Notes under the pieces: model-generated
Told to the model about the DNA's origin: nothing
Seen by the model: the letters and a program-made list of their open reading frames with translations, nothing else
Databases searched by the model: none
In this document: positions 46,620 to 54,292 of the stretch, one piece after another
Numbering within the stretch: the first letter of the stretch is position 1
Layout: each line of letters opens with the position of its first letter
Made by a program: the position numbers and the translations under genes
IMG/VR virus record: IMGVR_UViG_3300043603_000010
Location: 1-64,000 of that record
Length of the DNA: 64,000 bases
Direction: 5' to 3' (one strand)
Source: a virus
Lineage: Duplodnaviria > Caudoviricetes

Positions 46620-46691
46620 TGGACGCAACGCGGGTCGAACGCGCATCCCGCCTCTTTTAAGGAGGCTGCTCTTCCGTTGAGCTATGCGCCC
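46620..46691 (-). tRNA. tRNA with UAA anticodon (nominally Leu, reads UUA) on a short-variable-loop body
   Basis: GGGCGCA/TGCGTCC-A73, GCTC-AACGGAA-GAGC, GCCTC-CTTAAAA-GAGGC, variable GGGAT, GCGCG-TTCGACC-CGCGT. Confidence 0.8.
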
Positions 46692-46697
46692 CCGGGG

Positions 46698-47405
46698 TCA
46701 GTCCTCCGGGACCTGTACAGGGGTGGCGAAGACACGGGTGTACGTGTTGATCGTGGGGTACTCCTCACTGCGGCCGTACACCTCCCAGCGCCGGGCCCTG
46801 GTCGCTTCTGCGACGGTACGCGCGAAGCCGGGGCCGATGCACACGGGTTCCCCGCCGTCGTCCGGCAGCACGCAGCGGCCGTTCTTCGTGAACGGTGCTC
46901 CGTCGACGTGGACGGAGACGACCACGCCACGACGGGCGGTGCCGCTGTCCGTCCAGCCGACCCACGATCCGGCCTCGAACGGCGCGGTGGCCGGACGCGG
47001 AACCGACCGCTTCTTGCGGGACCGCCTGACGTCGCGCACGACCGCTTCCGTCTCACCGGGGAAACTGGCCCGCAGCCGGGCGTACGCGCCGTCCTGGGGA
47101 CGCGCCTTCGGTCCGGTAAGGGCCAATTCGGCGTCCAGGTACCGGAGGCGTGCCTCACGCTCCTCCGCCTTCAGCACAGAGCGGGCTTCCAGGTCGACTC
47201 CGGGGCCGTAACCGGGATCCCGGGCCATTGCGGCGTAGTACTCCTCCTTGGCGTCGTCGCGGACCTTCTCCAGCCCGGCCAGGACGCCCGTGTAGCCGTC
47301 GCGCACGGCGGCGGTGACCGTCTTCGTGTGCGCGGCCTGCGTGCCTGATGTGGTGACTACGGTCTCCGCTCCAGCGAAGTGCAGCCTGGTGGTGTGCTCG
47401 GTCAT
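46698..47405 (-). CDS. Hypothetical protein
   Basis: GGAGGACGAC-ATG; SH3/KOW-like WVGW...RGVVV segment. Confidence 0.6.
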   Translation of the reverse strand: MTEHTTRLHFAGAETVVTTSGTQAAHTKTVTAAVRDGYTGVLAGLEKVRDDAKEEYYAAMARDPGYGPGVDLEARSVLKAEEREARLRYLDAELALTGPKARPQDGAYARLRASFPGETEAVVRDVRRSRKKRSVPRPATAPFEAGSWVGWTDSGTARRGVVVSVHVDGAPFTKNGRCVLPDDGGEPVCIGPGFARTVAEATRARRWEVYGRSEEYPTINTYTRVFATPVQVPED

Positions 47406-47860
47406 GTCGTCCTCCGTGCGGTGTGGTTGTACCAGGACACCGAGCGCGAGCAGGACCCGCAGCGGATCCACCGGCGCTTCGTCTGGGTGTTCTCGAACGA
47501 GACCGGCTGCGCGGGGTGCACCTCACGGGACCGCTGGAGGCAGTCCTGGCAGTCGTTGGCCTGCTCGTTGGGGCCCCGCAGCAGGAACGGCACGCCGTGC
47601 CCGCAGACGGCCGCCTGGGGGATGTCCCCGAACAGTCCGGGGAACTGCGCCCGGCCCGGGAACGCGGCACGGGCCGCCATCACGACGCCCTTGTAGCGGA
47701 ACCCGTCCAGGCCGTCGGCCAGGGCGCGGACGCGTTCCAGCGCGTCCAGCTCCCACTCCAGTTCCAGCCGTTCGAGCAGGACGCGCAGGGAGTCCTGCGT
47801 CTTCGGGTGCATGCCGTCCGCGAAGGACAGCAGGTCGTCACGTGCGGACATGGCTTTCAT
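47402..47860 (-). CDS. Hypothetical protein with Cys motifs
   Basis: GAGAGGAG RBS. Confidence 0.55.
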   Translation of the reverse strand: MKAMSARDDLLSFADGMHPKTQDSLRVLLERLELEWELDALERVRALADGLDGFRYKGVVMAARAAFPGRAQFPGLFGDIPQAAVCGHGVPFLLRGPNEQANDCQDCLQRSREVHPAQPVSFENTQTKRRWIRCGSCSRSVSWYNHTARRTT

Positions 47861-48419
47861 CTCCTCTCTCGGGGTGGGGCGCTCCGCACCCGTTGCAGGT
47901 GCAGCGCCCGGTGTCCTTGTCGCGGCACTTCGGGCAGCGGCAGTAGCAGAGCAGGAACCCGCGAGCGGGCCCGCAGTAGCTGGCGTGCTCCGGGGACAGC
48001 GGCGGGTGCTTGCGTGCGCCCTGCTCCACCAGGTCGACCAGCAGAGACGCCCGCCGCGCGGCGGTCCCCGGGTCCAGGCCTGCGTCCAGGTACGCCCGCA
48101 CCAGGTGGTCCACCACTGTGCGCCGCGCCGCTCGGCTGTCCTCCATGGCCTTCCTCCATCTGAGCATCCGCTGGTAGTCGTTCAGGGCGCGTCGGCAGCG
48201 TCGGCAGGGCGGGGTCCGCTCGCGCCGGTGGATCATCCATCCGGCGTAGCTGCCGCACTTCCCGCTGGTGCAGGCGGCTCGTGCCCGCAGGCAGTCCCCG
48301 CAGGGACGCTCGTTGCGGCGCCGGTGCCGCAGCCACCCGTCGTTGCTGCCGCAGTCCTTCAGGCCGATCCCCAGCATGCGGCGCTGGTCCTCCGTCCAGA
48401 CGACTCCGTGCCCGTTCAT
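47838..48419 (-). CDS. Protein with repeated CG-x-H-x-PC-x-C Zn motifs
   Basis: CGSNDGWLRH...PCGDC and CGSYAGWMIH...PCRRC; same motif as the 44954-45301 C-terminus. Confidence 0.65.
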   Translation of the reverse strand: MNGHGVVWTEDQRRMLGIGLKDCGSNDGWLRHRRRNERPCGDCLRARAACTSGKCGSYAGWMIHRRERTPPCRRCRRALNDYQRMLRWRKAMEDSRAARRTVVDHLVRAYLDAGLDPGTAARRASLLVDLVEQGARKHPPLSPEHASYCGPARGFLLCYCRCPKCRDKDTGRCTCNGCGAPHPERGDESHVRT

Positions 48420-48497
48420 TCGGCCTTCTCTCCTCGATCTGTTCAGGCGTACAGGACCGGGGTAGGCGTCCGGCAGTCAGCGCATCGGAGGTGCCCC

Positions 48498-48566
48498 GTG
48501 CTGGAGACCGTCCTGATCATCGTGCTCATCGTCGCCATCGTCCTGTTCGTCCTGCGACGGTTGTAG
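48498..48566 (+). CDS. 22-aa hydrophobic peptide on the opposite strand
   Basis: GGAGGT RBS; MLETVLIIVLIVAIVLFVLRRL. Confidence 0.6.
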   Translation: MLETVLIIVLIVAIVLFVLRRL

Positions 48567-48581
48567 CCGGTCGTCCCTGCG

Positions 48582-48653
48582 CACTCGCAGCCGGTCATGA
48601 TCCGGCATCTCCGCCTTGAAAGGGCGGCGGGCATCCGATTACCCCATGCGAGC
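48582..48653 (-). tRNA. tRNA-Glu(TTC)-like with atypical T-loop
   Basis: GCTCGCA/TGCGAGT-G73, GGGT/GCCC, CCGCC-CTTTCAA-GGCGG, GCCGG-ATCATGA-CCGGC. Confidence 0.7.
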
Positions 48654-48683
48654 GGGTGCCCGGCCGGAGCCGGGCGGGTGGTG

Positions 48684-49286
48684 CTACTTCTTGTGTGCGG
48701 AGAAGCTGAACGACGGTGCTCCGACCAGCTGGACCGACTTCGTGGCCGCGTCCCACTTGGCCGGGCCGAACACGGTCTGCACCGGACCCTCCCAGTAGTC
48801 GGCGTAGGGCTTGCCGTCGGCACCGACGCAGATCACGTAGGTCCCGGCGGAGTCGCCGGAGTAGACGCCGGTCGGGTCCATCTGCCCGACCGTGATGTTG
48901 CCGCCGTTCGACTCGCTGTGCCCGACCACCTGTTGCGGGTTGGTCAGCTGGTCGGTGGACGGGATCGGCGCACCGATCGACGGGCAGACCTGGATCGGCG
49001 CGTACCCGGCGGACCCGGAAGCGCCCATCGGGAAGAAGAACGTGGTGGTCTCGACACCCTGTGCCTGCGCGTTCTCCAGCTCGATCAGGTTCTGCCGGAG
49101 CTGGCTGTACGTGTAGCCCGGGATGCCCTGGTTGTTGATCAGAGTCCCGGAGTCGGTGGCCTGCTTGGACGACTCGACGTTGTTGGCGCTCGGCTTGCTG
49201 CTGCCGAAGCAGGCGGTCAACCCGAATGTGGCCAGCACGGCGACCGAGACGGCCACGGCGATACGCGACCCGGCGATGTTCCTCAT
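48684..49286 (-). CDS. Lipoprotein
   Basis: Signal peptide with LTAC lipobox. Confidence 0.75.
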   Translation of the reverse strand: MRNIAGSRIAVAVSVAVLATFGLTACFGSSKPSANNVESSKQATDSGTLINNQGIPGYTYSQLRQNLIELENAQAQGVETTTFFFPMGASGSAGYAPIQVCPSIGAPIPSTDQLTNPQQVVGHSESNGGNITVGQMDPTGVYSGDSAGTYVICVGADGKPYADYWEGPVQTVFGPAKWDAATKSVQLVGAPSFSFSAHKK

Positions 49287-49300
49287 GCGGCGGTTCCCCT

Positions 49301-49684
49301 TCACTTGGCGGACCCTGCGGAGCAGTGGTCAGCGACGTACGCGGCCTGGTCGGTCGGCAGCGGATCGCCGGTGACCTGGTCCGCGTCCTGGCAGACGATG
49401 TTGACGAGTGCCTTCTGCTGCGCCTTCAGCGCTGCCGTCTCCGCTGCGTCCCCGGAGACCTCGGTGATCTGCGTCCCGATGGCCTGCGCGTCAGCGATCT
49501 TGTTCGTGATCTGCTCGCGCAGGGTCTGCTGGTTGCTGTAGCCGTTGCGGACCAGGTGCGCGTCCCGGGCGGCGTTCTGACCGGCGAACCACCATCCGGC
49601 CTGCCAGCCCCCCAGGACGATCCCGGTGACGATGGCAGCGGCCAGCAGGACGCCGAGGACACCTCTGGTCATTGCTGTGAACAC
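49301..49684 (-). CDS. Single-TM protein with coiled coil
   Basis: GAGAGGAGAGCAT-GTG leader; N-terminal TM. Confidence 0.65.
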   Translation of the reverse strand: MFTAMTRGVLGVLLAAAIVTGIVLGGWQAGWWFAGQNAARDAHLVRNGYSNQQTLREQITNKIADAQAIGTQITEVSGDAAETAALKAQQKALVNIVCQDADQVTGDPLPTDQAAYVADHCSAGSAK

Positions 49685-49711
49685 ATGCTCTCCTCTCACT
49701 CGGTGTGTGCG

Positions 49712-49784
49712 TGCGCCCGGCAGGGGTCGAACCTGCGCGCTCCGGGGCTTCACTCCGGTGCTCTGCCAGCTGAGCTACGGACGC
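49712..49784 (-). tRNA. tRNA-Phe(GAA)-like
   Basis: GCGTCCG/CGGGCGC-A, GCTC-AGCTGGCA-GAGC, CCGGA-GTGAAGC-CCCGG (A-C mismatch, G32), GCAGG-TTCGACC-CCTGC. Confidence 0.75.
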
Positions 49785-49811
49785 GGGCGCCCCGGCGGTC
49801 CGGGGCCGTTC

Positions 49812-50240
49812 TCAGAACTCCGGCAGCGGCTGCACCGGCGGCAGCCAGGCGACCTCCACTCCGTCGGACTTGCGGACCCAGCGTTTGCCGGGGCCCTGCG
49901 ACCGGTACGGGTCAACGCTGTCGGCCAGGTGCGCCCGTGCGGGGTTGGCCACCAGGTCGGACCTGGGGCTCACCCGCAGCTCCTGCGCCACGGCGTGCCG
50001 GGTCAGTTCGTCGGCCCGCTTCAGCCGGACGGACAGTTCGGTGGCCACGGTGCAGGCGGTGGACGTCGCGTTGTTGACGTACGGCATCACCATCCGCGCG
50101 TCCTCCGCTCCCTTCTCCAACCACTGGCAGGCCTGGTTGACCGCCCGGCGCAGCTCGGTCGGTGTGGCCGCCTTGACGAAGGCTCTCAACCGATCCTCGA
50201 ACGCGTCGATATCGCCGATCCGTACGCTAGGTGCGTTCAT
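49812..50240 (-). CDS. Hypothetical protein
   Basis: GAGAGGAGAGCACG-ATG leader. Confidence 0.65.
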   Translation of the reverse strand: MNAPSVRIGDIDAFEDRLRAFVKAATPTELRRAVNQACQWLEKGAEDARMVMPYVNNATSTACTVATELSVRLKRADELTRHAVAQELRVSPRSDLVANPARAHLADSVDPYRSQGPGKRWVRKSDGVEVAWLPPVQPLPEF

Positions 50241-50252
50241 CGTGCTCTCCTC

Positions 50253-50525
50253 TCACTTCGGGTTCTGCCGGGCCACGCGCTGCATGAAGTCGATCGCGTT
50301 GACCAGGCTGACGCGCTGCTCCGGGGTGTCGGTCCCGGTGATGTGCGTCACGTGCGGCACCCTGGCCATGTCGGTGTGGACCCGCCAGAACGGCCCTGCG
50401 CTCCCGTCGCGGAAGACGTCCGGGTAGTCGTAGACCAAGTGCGTCCGTGCGGCTTCGTGGACGCAGTCGGCATGGACGAACCCGGCTTGCGCCGCAGCCG
50501 CGTCCAGCATCTTCAGACTGGCCAT
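50253..50525 (-). CDS. Hypothetical protein
   Basis: GAGAGGAGAGCACG-ATG leader. Confidence 0.65.
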   Translation of the reverse strand: MASLKMLDAAAAQAGFVHADCVHEAARTHLVYDYPDVFRDGSAGPFWRVHTDMARVPHVTHITGTDTPEQRVSLVNAIDFMQRVARQNPK

Positions 50526-50553
50526 CGTGCTCTCCTCTCGATCGGTGTATGCG

Positions 50554-50636
50554 TGCGCCCGGCCGGACTCGAACCAGCACTGTCACCGACTGCCCTTACA
50601 GGCGTCGGCTGCCTCTGCCTATTGGGCTACGGACGC
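50554..50636 (-). tRNA. tRNA-like element (GTA/Tyr in loop) with extended anticodon arm
   Basis: Same acceptor as 49712-49784; D-arm GCCCAATAGGCAGAGGC; GCCGA-CGCCTGTAAGGGCAG-TCGGT; GCTGG-TTCGAGT-CCGGC. Confidence 0.6.
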
Positions 50637-50663
50637 GGGTGCCCGGCCGGAGCCGGGCCGTTC

Positions 50664-51101
50664 TCAGGACCGGCCGATCCGCACCGTGTTGGGTGCCTGC
50701 GGCTTGACGTACAGGACGTTGATCCCGCTGACTTCCAGCTGGCCGTCCTTCATCTTCACCTCGAACCCCTCTGCCGGACCCGAGTCCGCGTCCCGGAACT
50801 CCACCGTGACACCGTGGCCCAGAGGGCGGACATCCTTGCCCGGGTCGTCACCCCAGCCCCCGTCACTGACGGCGGAGGTGGACAGCCACAGGAAGGTGTC
50901 GCTGTCGGCGGGTCCCTCGTTCAGCAGGGCACGGGCCGCGTCCACCTCTTCGGCCGCCTTCTCCGCAGTGCGGAGCCTGGACGCCTCTGCACTGCGGAGC
51001 CGGACGTCCAGGACGGCAACCAGCTGCTGCACCCATGCAGGCTGCTTGGCCAGCCTGGGGTCCTTGGCCTTCTCGTGCAGCTGCTCGTTGGTCATCGTCA
51101 T
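50664..51101 (-). CDS. Hypothetical protein
   Basis: GAGAGGAGAGCACG-ATG leader. Confidence 0.65.
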   Translation of the reverse strand: MTMTNEQLHEKAKDPRLAKQPAWVQQLVAVLDVRLRSAEASRLRTAEKAAEEVDAARALLNEGPADSDTFLWLSTSAVSDGGWGDDPGKDVRPLGHGVTVEFRDADSGPAEGFEVKMKDGQLEVSGINVLYVKPQAPNTVRIGRS

Positions 51102-51128
51102 CGTGCTCTCCTCTCGGTCGGTCGTGCG

Positions 51129-51199
51129 CACCCCCGGCCGGTCATGATCCGGCACTTCCGCCTTGAGGGGGCGGCGAGCATCCGTTACTCAACGGGGGC
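51129..51199 (-). tRNA. tRNA-Glu(CTC)-like, C33 and atypical T-loop
   Basis: GCCCCCG/CGGGGGT-G, GAGT/GCTC, CCGCC-CCCTCAA-GGCGG, GCCGG-ATCATGA-CCGGC. Confidence 0.65.
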
Positions 51200-51230
51200 G
51201 GGTGCCCGGCCAGGCCGGGCTGTTCGGTGG

Positions 51231-51452
51231 TCACGGCTCCAGGCACTCCTCCGAGACCTCGAATGCGGAGAAGGCGACCACGTGCAGGTCCGCCGGATAG
51301 ACGCCCTTCTCCTTGGCCCATTCCTGGAGCATGAGCCTCTCAGTCTGGTCCTCGGAGAAGACGTCGACCGCGTCCCCGGTGATCGTCCACTTGCCGGAGA
51401 CGAGACCGAAGGAGTGTGCTTCCACCAGGGCGACGTACGCGTACCTGGCCAC
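51231..51452 (-). CDS. Small hypothetical protein
   Basis: 73-aa ORF with GAAGGG RBS. Confidence 0.55.
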   Translation of the reverse strand: MARYAYVALVEAHSFGLVSGKWTITGDAVDVFSEDQTERLMLQEWAKEKGVYPADLHVVAFSAFEVSEECLEP

Positions 51453-51454
51453 GG

Positions 51455-51700
51455 CTACCGCCCTTCCGGCTTCAGCAGGGACACCCGGACGTCCGTGTCC
51501 GTGCCGGGGTACGGCGCGAGCAGGGAATCCGTACGCAGATGGACACCGAGCCGGGCACCGGCAGCCATGCCCGGCAGGCTCAGCACTTCCCAGCGGGCCG
51601 CCTGCAACAGCGCGTTGCGGTTGTCGAGCGCGGTCAGCGTCAGGAACATGCGCTCTTCCTCGGTCGGCTCCGCCACCAGGTCGAACAGGGTCCTGGTCAT
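51455..51700 (-). CDS. Small hypothetical protein
   Basis: GAGGAGAGAACG-ATG leader. Confidence 0.6.
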   Translation of the reverse strand: MTRTLFDLVAEPTEEERMFLTLTALDNRNALLQAARWEVLSLPGMAAGARLGVHLRTDSLLAPYPGTDTDVRVSLLKPEGR

Positions 51701-51733
51701 CGTTCTCTCCTCGGTCGTCGGATCGTACGTGCG

Positions 51734-51816
51734 TTCCCCGCCGTGGACTCGAACCACGATCGCCGAAGCACCGGAACCAGCCGGGTACGGTCTGTCCGCC
51801 GGTCGGACAGCAGGGA
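51734..51816 (-). ncRNA. tRNA-like element with 8-nt anticodon-position loop and long variable arm
   Basis: TCCCTGC/GCGGGGA acceptor, TCC/GGA D-stem, GACCG-TACCCGGC-TGGTT, CGTGG-TTCGAGT-CCACG. Confidence 0.55.
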
Positions 51817-51862
51817 TGGTGCCAGCCGGGCAGGGTTCGTCACACCCCCTGCCCGGCCGGGT

Positions 51863-52063
51863 CTAGTGGAGGACCATCGCGAGAAGGAACGCCGTCATGA
51901 AACCGATGACGACGATGGCGGTCGGTAGGCCTGGATGGTCGGAGACGGACAGGAAGCCGTCCGTGATCTCGTCCAGGACGGACCGCCGTGGCTTCTCCGG
52001 TCCGACGCGCTTCGGGTCGTACCGACGGGATGGCCCGTTGCGGACGTACAGCCCGGCGTTCAC
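51863..52063 (-). CDS. Small C-terminal TM protein
   Basis: 66 aa with C-terminal hydrophobic helix. Confidence 0.5.
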   Translation of the reverse strand: MNAGLYVRNGPSRRYDPKRVGPEKPRRSVLDEITDGFLSVSDHPGLPTAIVVIGFMTAFLLAMVLH

Positions 52064-52196
52064 AGGCTCAGCAGCCAGAGCAGCAGGGGGTACATCATCG
52101 CGCAGATGATCAGGCTGAACGCCAGCTCCACCACGGTCTGCGCCGCGTTGGACCGGGAGGCGAACCTCCCGATTACGTCCACGATCCGCCCGGCGT

Positions 52197-52373
52197 TCAC
52201 CGCGCGTGGGTCAGGTCGTACCGGACCCGGCGGGGAGCGCCGGAGACGAACGCCAGGGCCCGCTCCTGCGCCCGTTGCGGGCTGACGTAGGAGGCGAAGA
52301 CCCGGCGGACCGGCCTGCCGTCACTGCCGGTGTAGGCCACCTGAACGCAGTGGCGGGTGTTGATCGTGCTCAT
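52197..52373 (-). CDS. Small hypothetical protein
   Basis: GAGAGGAGAACGGCC-ATG leader. Confidence 0.55.
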   Translation of the reverse strand: MSTINTRHCVQVAYTGSDGRPVRRVFASYVSPQRAQERALAFVSGAPRRVRYDLTHAR

Positions 52374-52449
52374 GGCCGTTCTCCTCTCGGTCGGACTGAG
52401 TGCCCGTGGCCGGGGAACGGACCGCAGTCCGCTTCCCGCCATGCTGTAC

Positions 52450-52845
52450 TCAGCTCCCTGCGCGGTACTTCTCGATCGCCTCGGCAACCGCCAGCACCAG
52501 TCCGCCATTGTCCAAGCGACCGGACAGCTGCTGCTGGAGCCCAGCCGCGTGGATAACCTCCCACGCCGCCTCTACACGCCGGTCGTACGCCAGCTGATCA
52601 CTGGTGAGCAGTTTCGGGGAGTACCCGACGTACCGGTTGCTCAGGTCGAAGTAGAGGCCCGTGGACAGTACGAACTGCCAGTCGAACGGGTACCGGCTGT
52701 CCCGGATCTCCGTCACGGTGGCGTACTTCCGTCCGATCTTGGTCACGGTCACCGGAACCGGCTCCGGAGCCTTACGGCCGGACTGTCCGGGCAGGACCAG
52801 CAGTTCCATGCCGACGGACAGCGTCGGCATCTCGGGTCGCTCCAT
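52450..52845 (-). CDS. Small beta-barrel (SH3-like) hypothetical protein
   Basis: LSVGMELLV...VTVTKIGRKYATV; AAGGAG RBS. Confidence 0.6.
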   Translation of the reverse strand: MERPEMPTLSVGMELLVLPGQSGRKAPEPVPVTVTKIGRKYATVTEIRDSRYPFDWQFVLSTGLYFDLSNRYVGYSPKLLTSDQLAYDRRVEAAWEVIHAAGLQQQLSGRLDNGGLVLAVAEAIEKYRAGS

Positions 52846-52975
52846 GATCTTCGTCCCTCTCCTTGGTCGTTGTTCAGCTGGGGTGGGCGGGTTTCTTTCA
52901 GCCGTACCTTCACCGGCACCACGGCCCCGTCTGGCGGGTACCGGCCGGTTTCTGAGTACCGCCCACGGCCTTCAC

Positions 52976-53025
52976 GTGCTCCCCGGTGCCTTGACGGCGT
53001 ACGGCGGATCCCGCCGGGGAGCTGG
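52976..53025 (-). repeat. About 50-bp structured intergenic repeat, copy 1 (others 56149-56198, 57724-57765)
   Basis: GTGCTCCCCGGTGCCTTGACGGCGTACGGCGGATCCCGCCGGGGA shared with 56149. Confidence 0.9.
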
Positions 53026-53029
53026 TGGA

Positions 53030-53488
53030 TCAGATCAGACGGGACAGCTGGTCGACGTCGGCCAGGGCGTCGTTGACCGCGTCCTCCAACTGGTGGCGGA
53101 CAGCCATCTGCTCGCCCTCATAGGAGACGAACCAGCTGCCGGTGCCGTCCTCCCACTCGGTCTCCGCCGCGTACGGCTCGCCCCGGTAGGTGAAGGTGTA
53201 CGCGCTGGGGAGCCCGTTGGCGCCGGTCTCCGCTGCGGTCAGCACGACCGTGCTGCCGTCGGGACGGAGGTGACCGAGAGTGCCAAGGGGAGCTTCGTCC
53301 GCCAGGATCTCCTCTGGACCGGCGTACTCGTTGCGCCCGTCGATCTCCGCGAACACTCCGGCGTTGTCCAGGGTGTCGAGGTCCCGGGCGATCTGCGCGT
53401 ACACGCCGATCTTCCCGTCGGCCGCGATCTGCCGCAGCCGGGCCAGTGCCTCGCTGACCGCCGGAGTGACGTCCATGGGCTGGATCAT
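53030..53488 (-). CDS. Hypothetical protein
   Basis: GAGAGGA RBS. Confidence 0.6.
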   Translation of the reverse strand: MIQPMDVTPAVSEALARLRQIAADGKIGVYAQIARDLDTLDNAGVFAEIDGRNEYAGPEEILADEAPLGTLGHLRPDGSTVVLTAAETGANGLPSAYTFTYRGEPYAAETEWEDGTGSWFVSYEGEQMAVRHQLEDAVNDALADVDQLSRLI

Positions 53489-53490
53489 GG

Positions 53491-53715
53491 TCAATTCCTC
53501 TCGTTCAGGGCGTGCAGGACGGAGCGTCCGGCGGGGGTGAGCCAGAGCGCCTGGGACTTCGTCCGGGACACCAGGCCCCGGTGCAGCAGCGGGTTGACGA
53601 CCGGACCGGCCGGGAGCCGGAGCGCCCCGGCCAGATCCACCTCAGTCAGCACGGCGTGCTGGTCGGCGGTGACGAACCGGCCGGGGTTCCTCAGGTACTG
53701 CTCCATCGTGGTCAC
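53491..53715 (-). CDS. Small winged-helix-like protein
   Basis: LLHRGLV...LWLTPAGRSVL. Confidence 0.55.
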   Translation of the reverse strand: MTTMEQYLRNPGRFVTADQHAVLTEVDLAGALRLPAGPVVNPLLHRGLVSRTKSQALWLTPAGRSVLHALNERN

Positions 53716-54050
53716 TTGTGACTTGCCTCCAGCCGCTCCGCATAGGACTCAGCAGCCGAACGGCTCATGATTCCGGAGCTGGCGAACGTGTTGGTCTCGG
53801 TGTCGACCACGCCGTACGACCGGCCGCAGTCGCGGACGGTGTAGCGCATGACCTTGATCTCGCACTCGCGGCCGGTGAAGCGGTAGCCGTCCGGGTCCCT
53901 GTCCTGTGCGAACTTCCACGGCTTGGGGTCGTGGCTGCCGCGCGGCAGGTAGGCCATCTCCCGGTTGACCCAGGGAGCGACGGAACAGACGACCTTGTTC
54001 TCTCCGCGACGGAACGCCTTGCGCAGTTCGCGGGTGAAGTTGCGTGCCAT
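53712..54050 (-). CDS. Hypothetical protein
   Basis: GAAGGA RBS. Confidence 0.6.
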   Translation of the reverse strand: MARNFTRELRKAFRRGENKVVCSVAPWVNREMAYLPRGSHDPKPWKFAQDRDPDGYRFTGRECEIKVMRYTVRDCGRSYGVVDTETNTFASSGIMSRSAAESYAERLEASHK

Positions 54051-54292
54051 GGCAGCATCCTTCTGTTCGGAGTGACGTGTGAGCGGCAGCAGCGGGCGTA
54101 CGCCGCATGGTGTCGGGAAACCCTCCCGCTGCTGCCGTGTGGCCCATCGGAGCCGGGCGCCCGGACGCTGCCGGACCTACGCGAACGCTCCCGTGTTCCC
54201 CGATGGGGCCTGCTGACGGACCGTGGGGTCCGCATGGTGCCCGGCCGGGGTACTCGATCCCCGGCGGGGCTGGTTGGTTGCACTGTTCAAAG

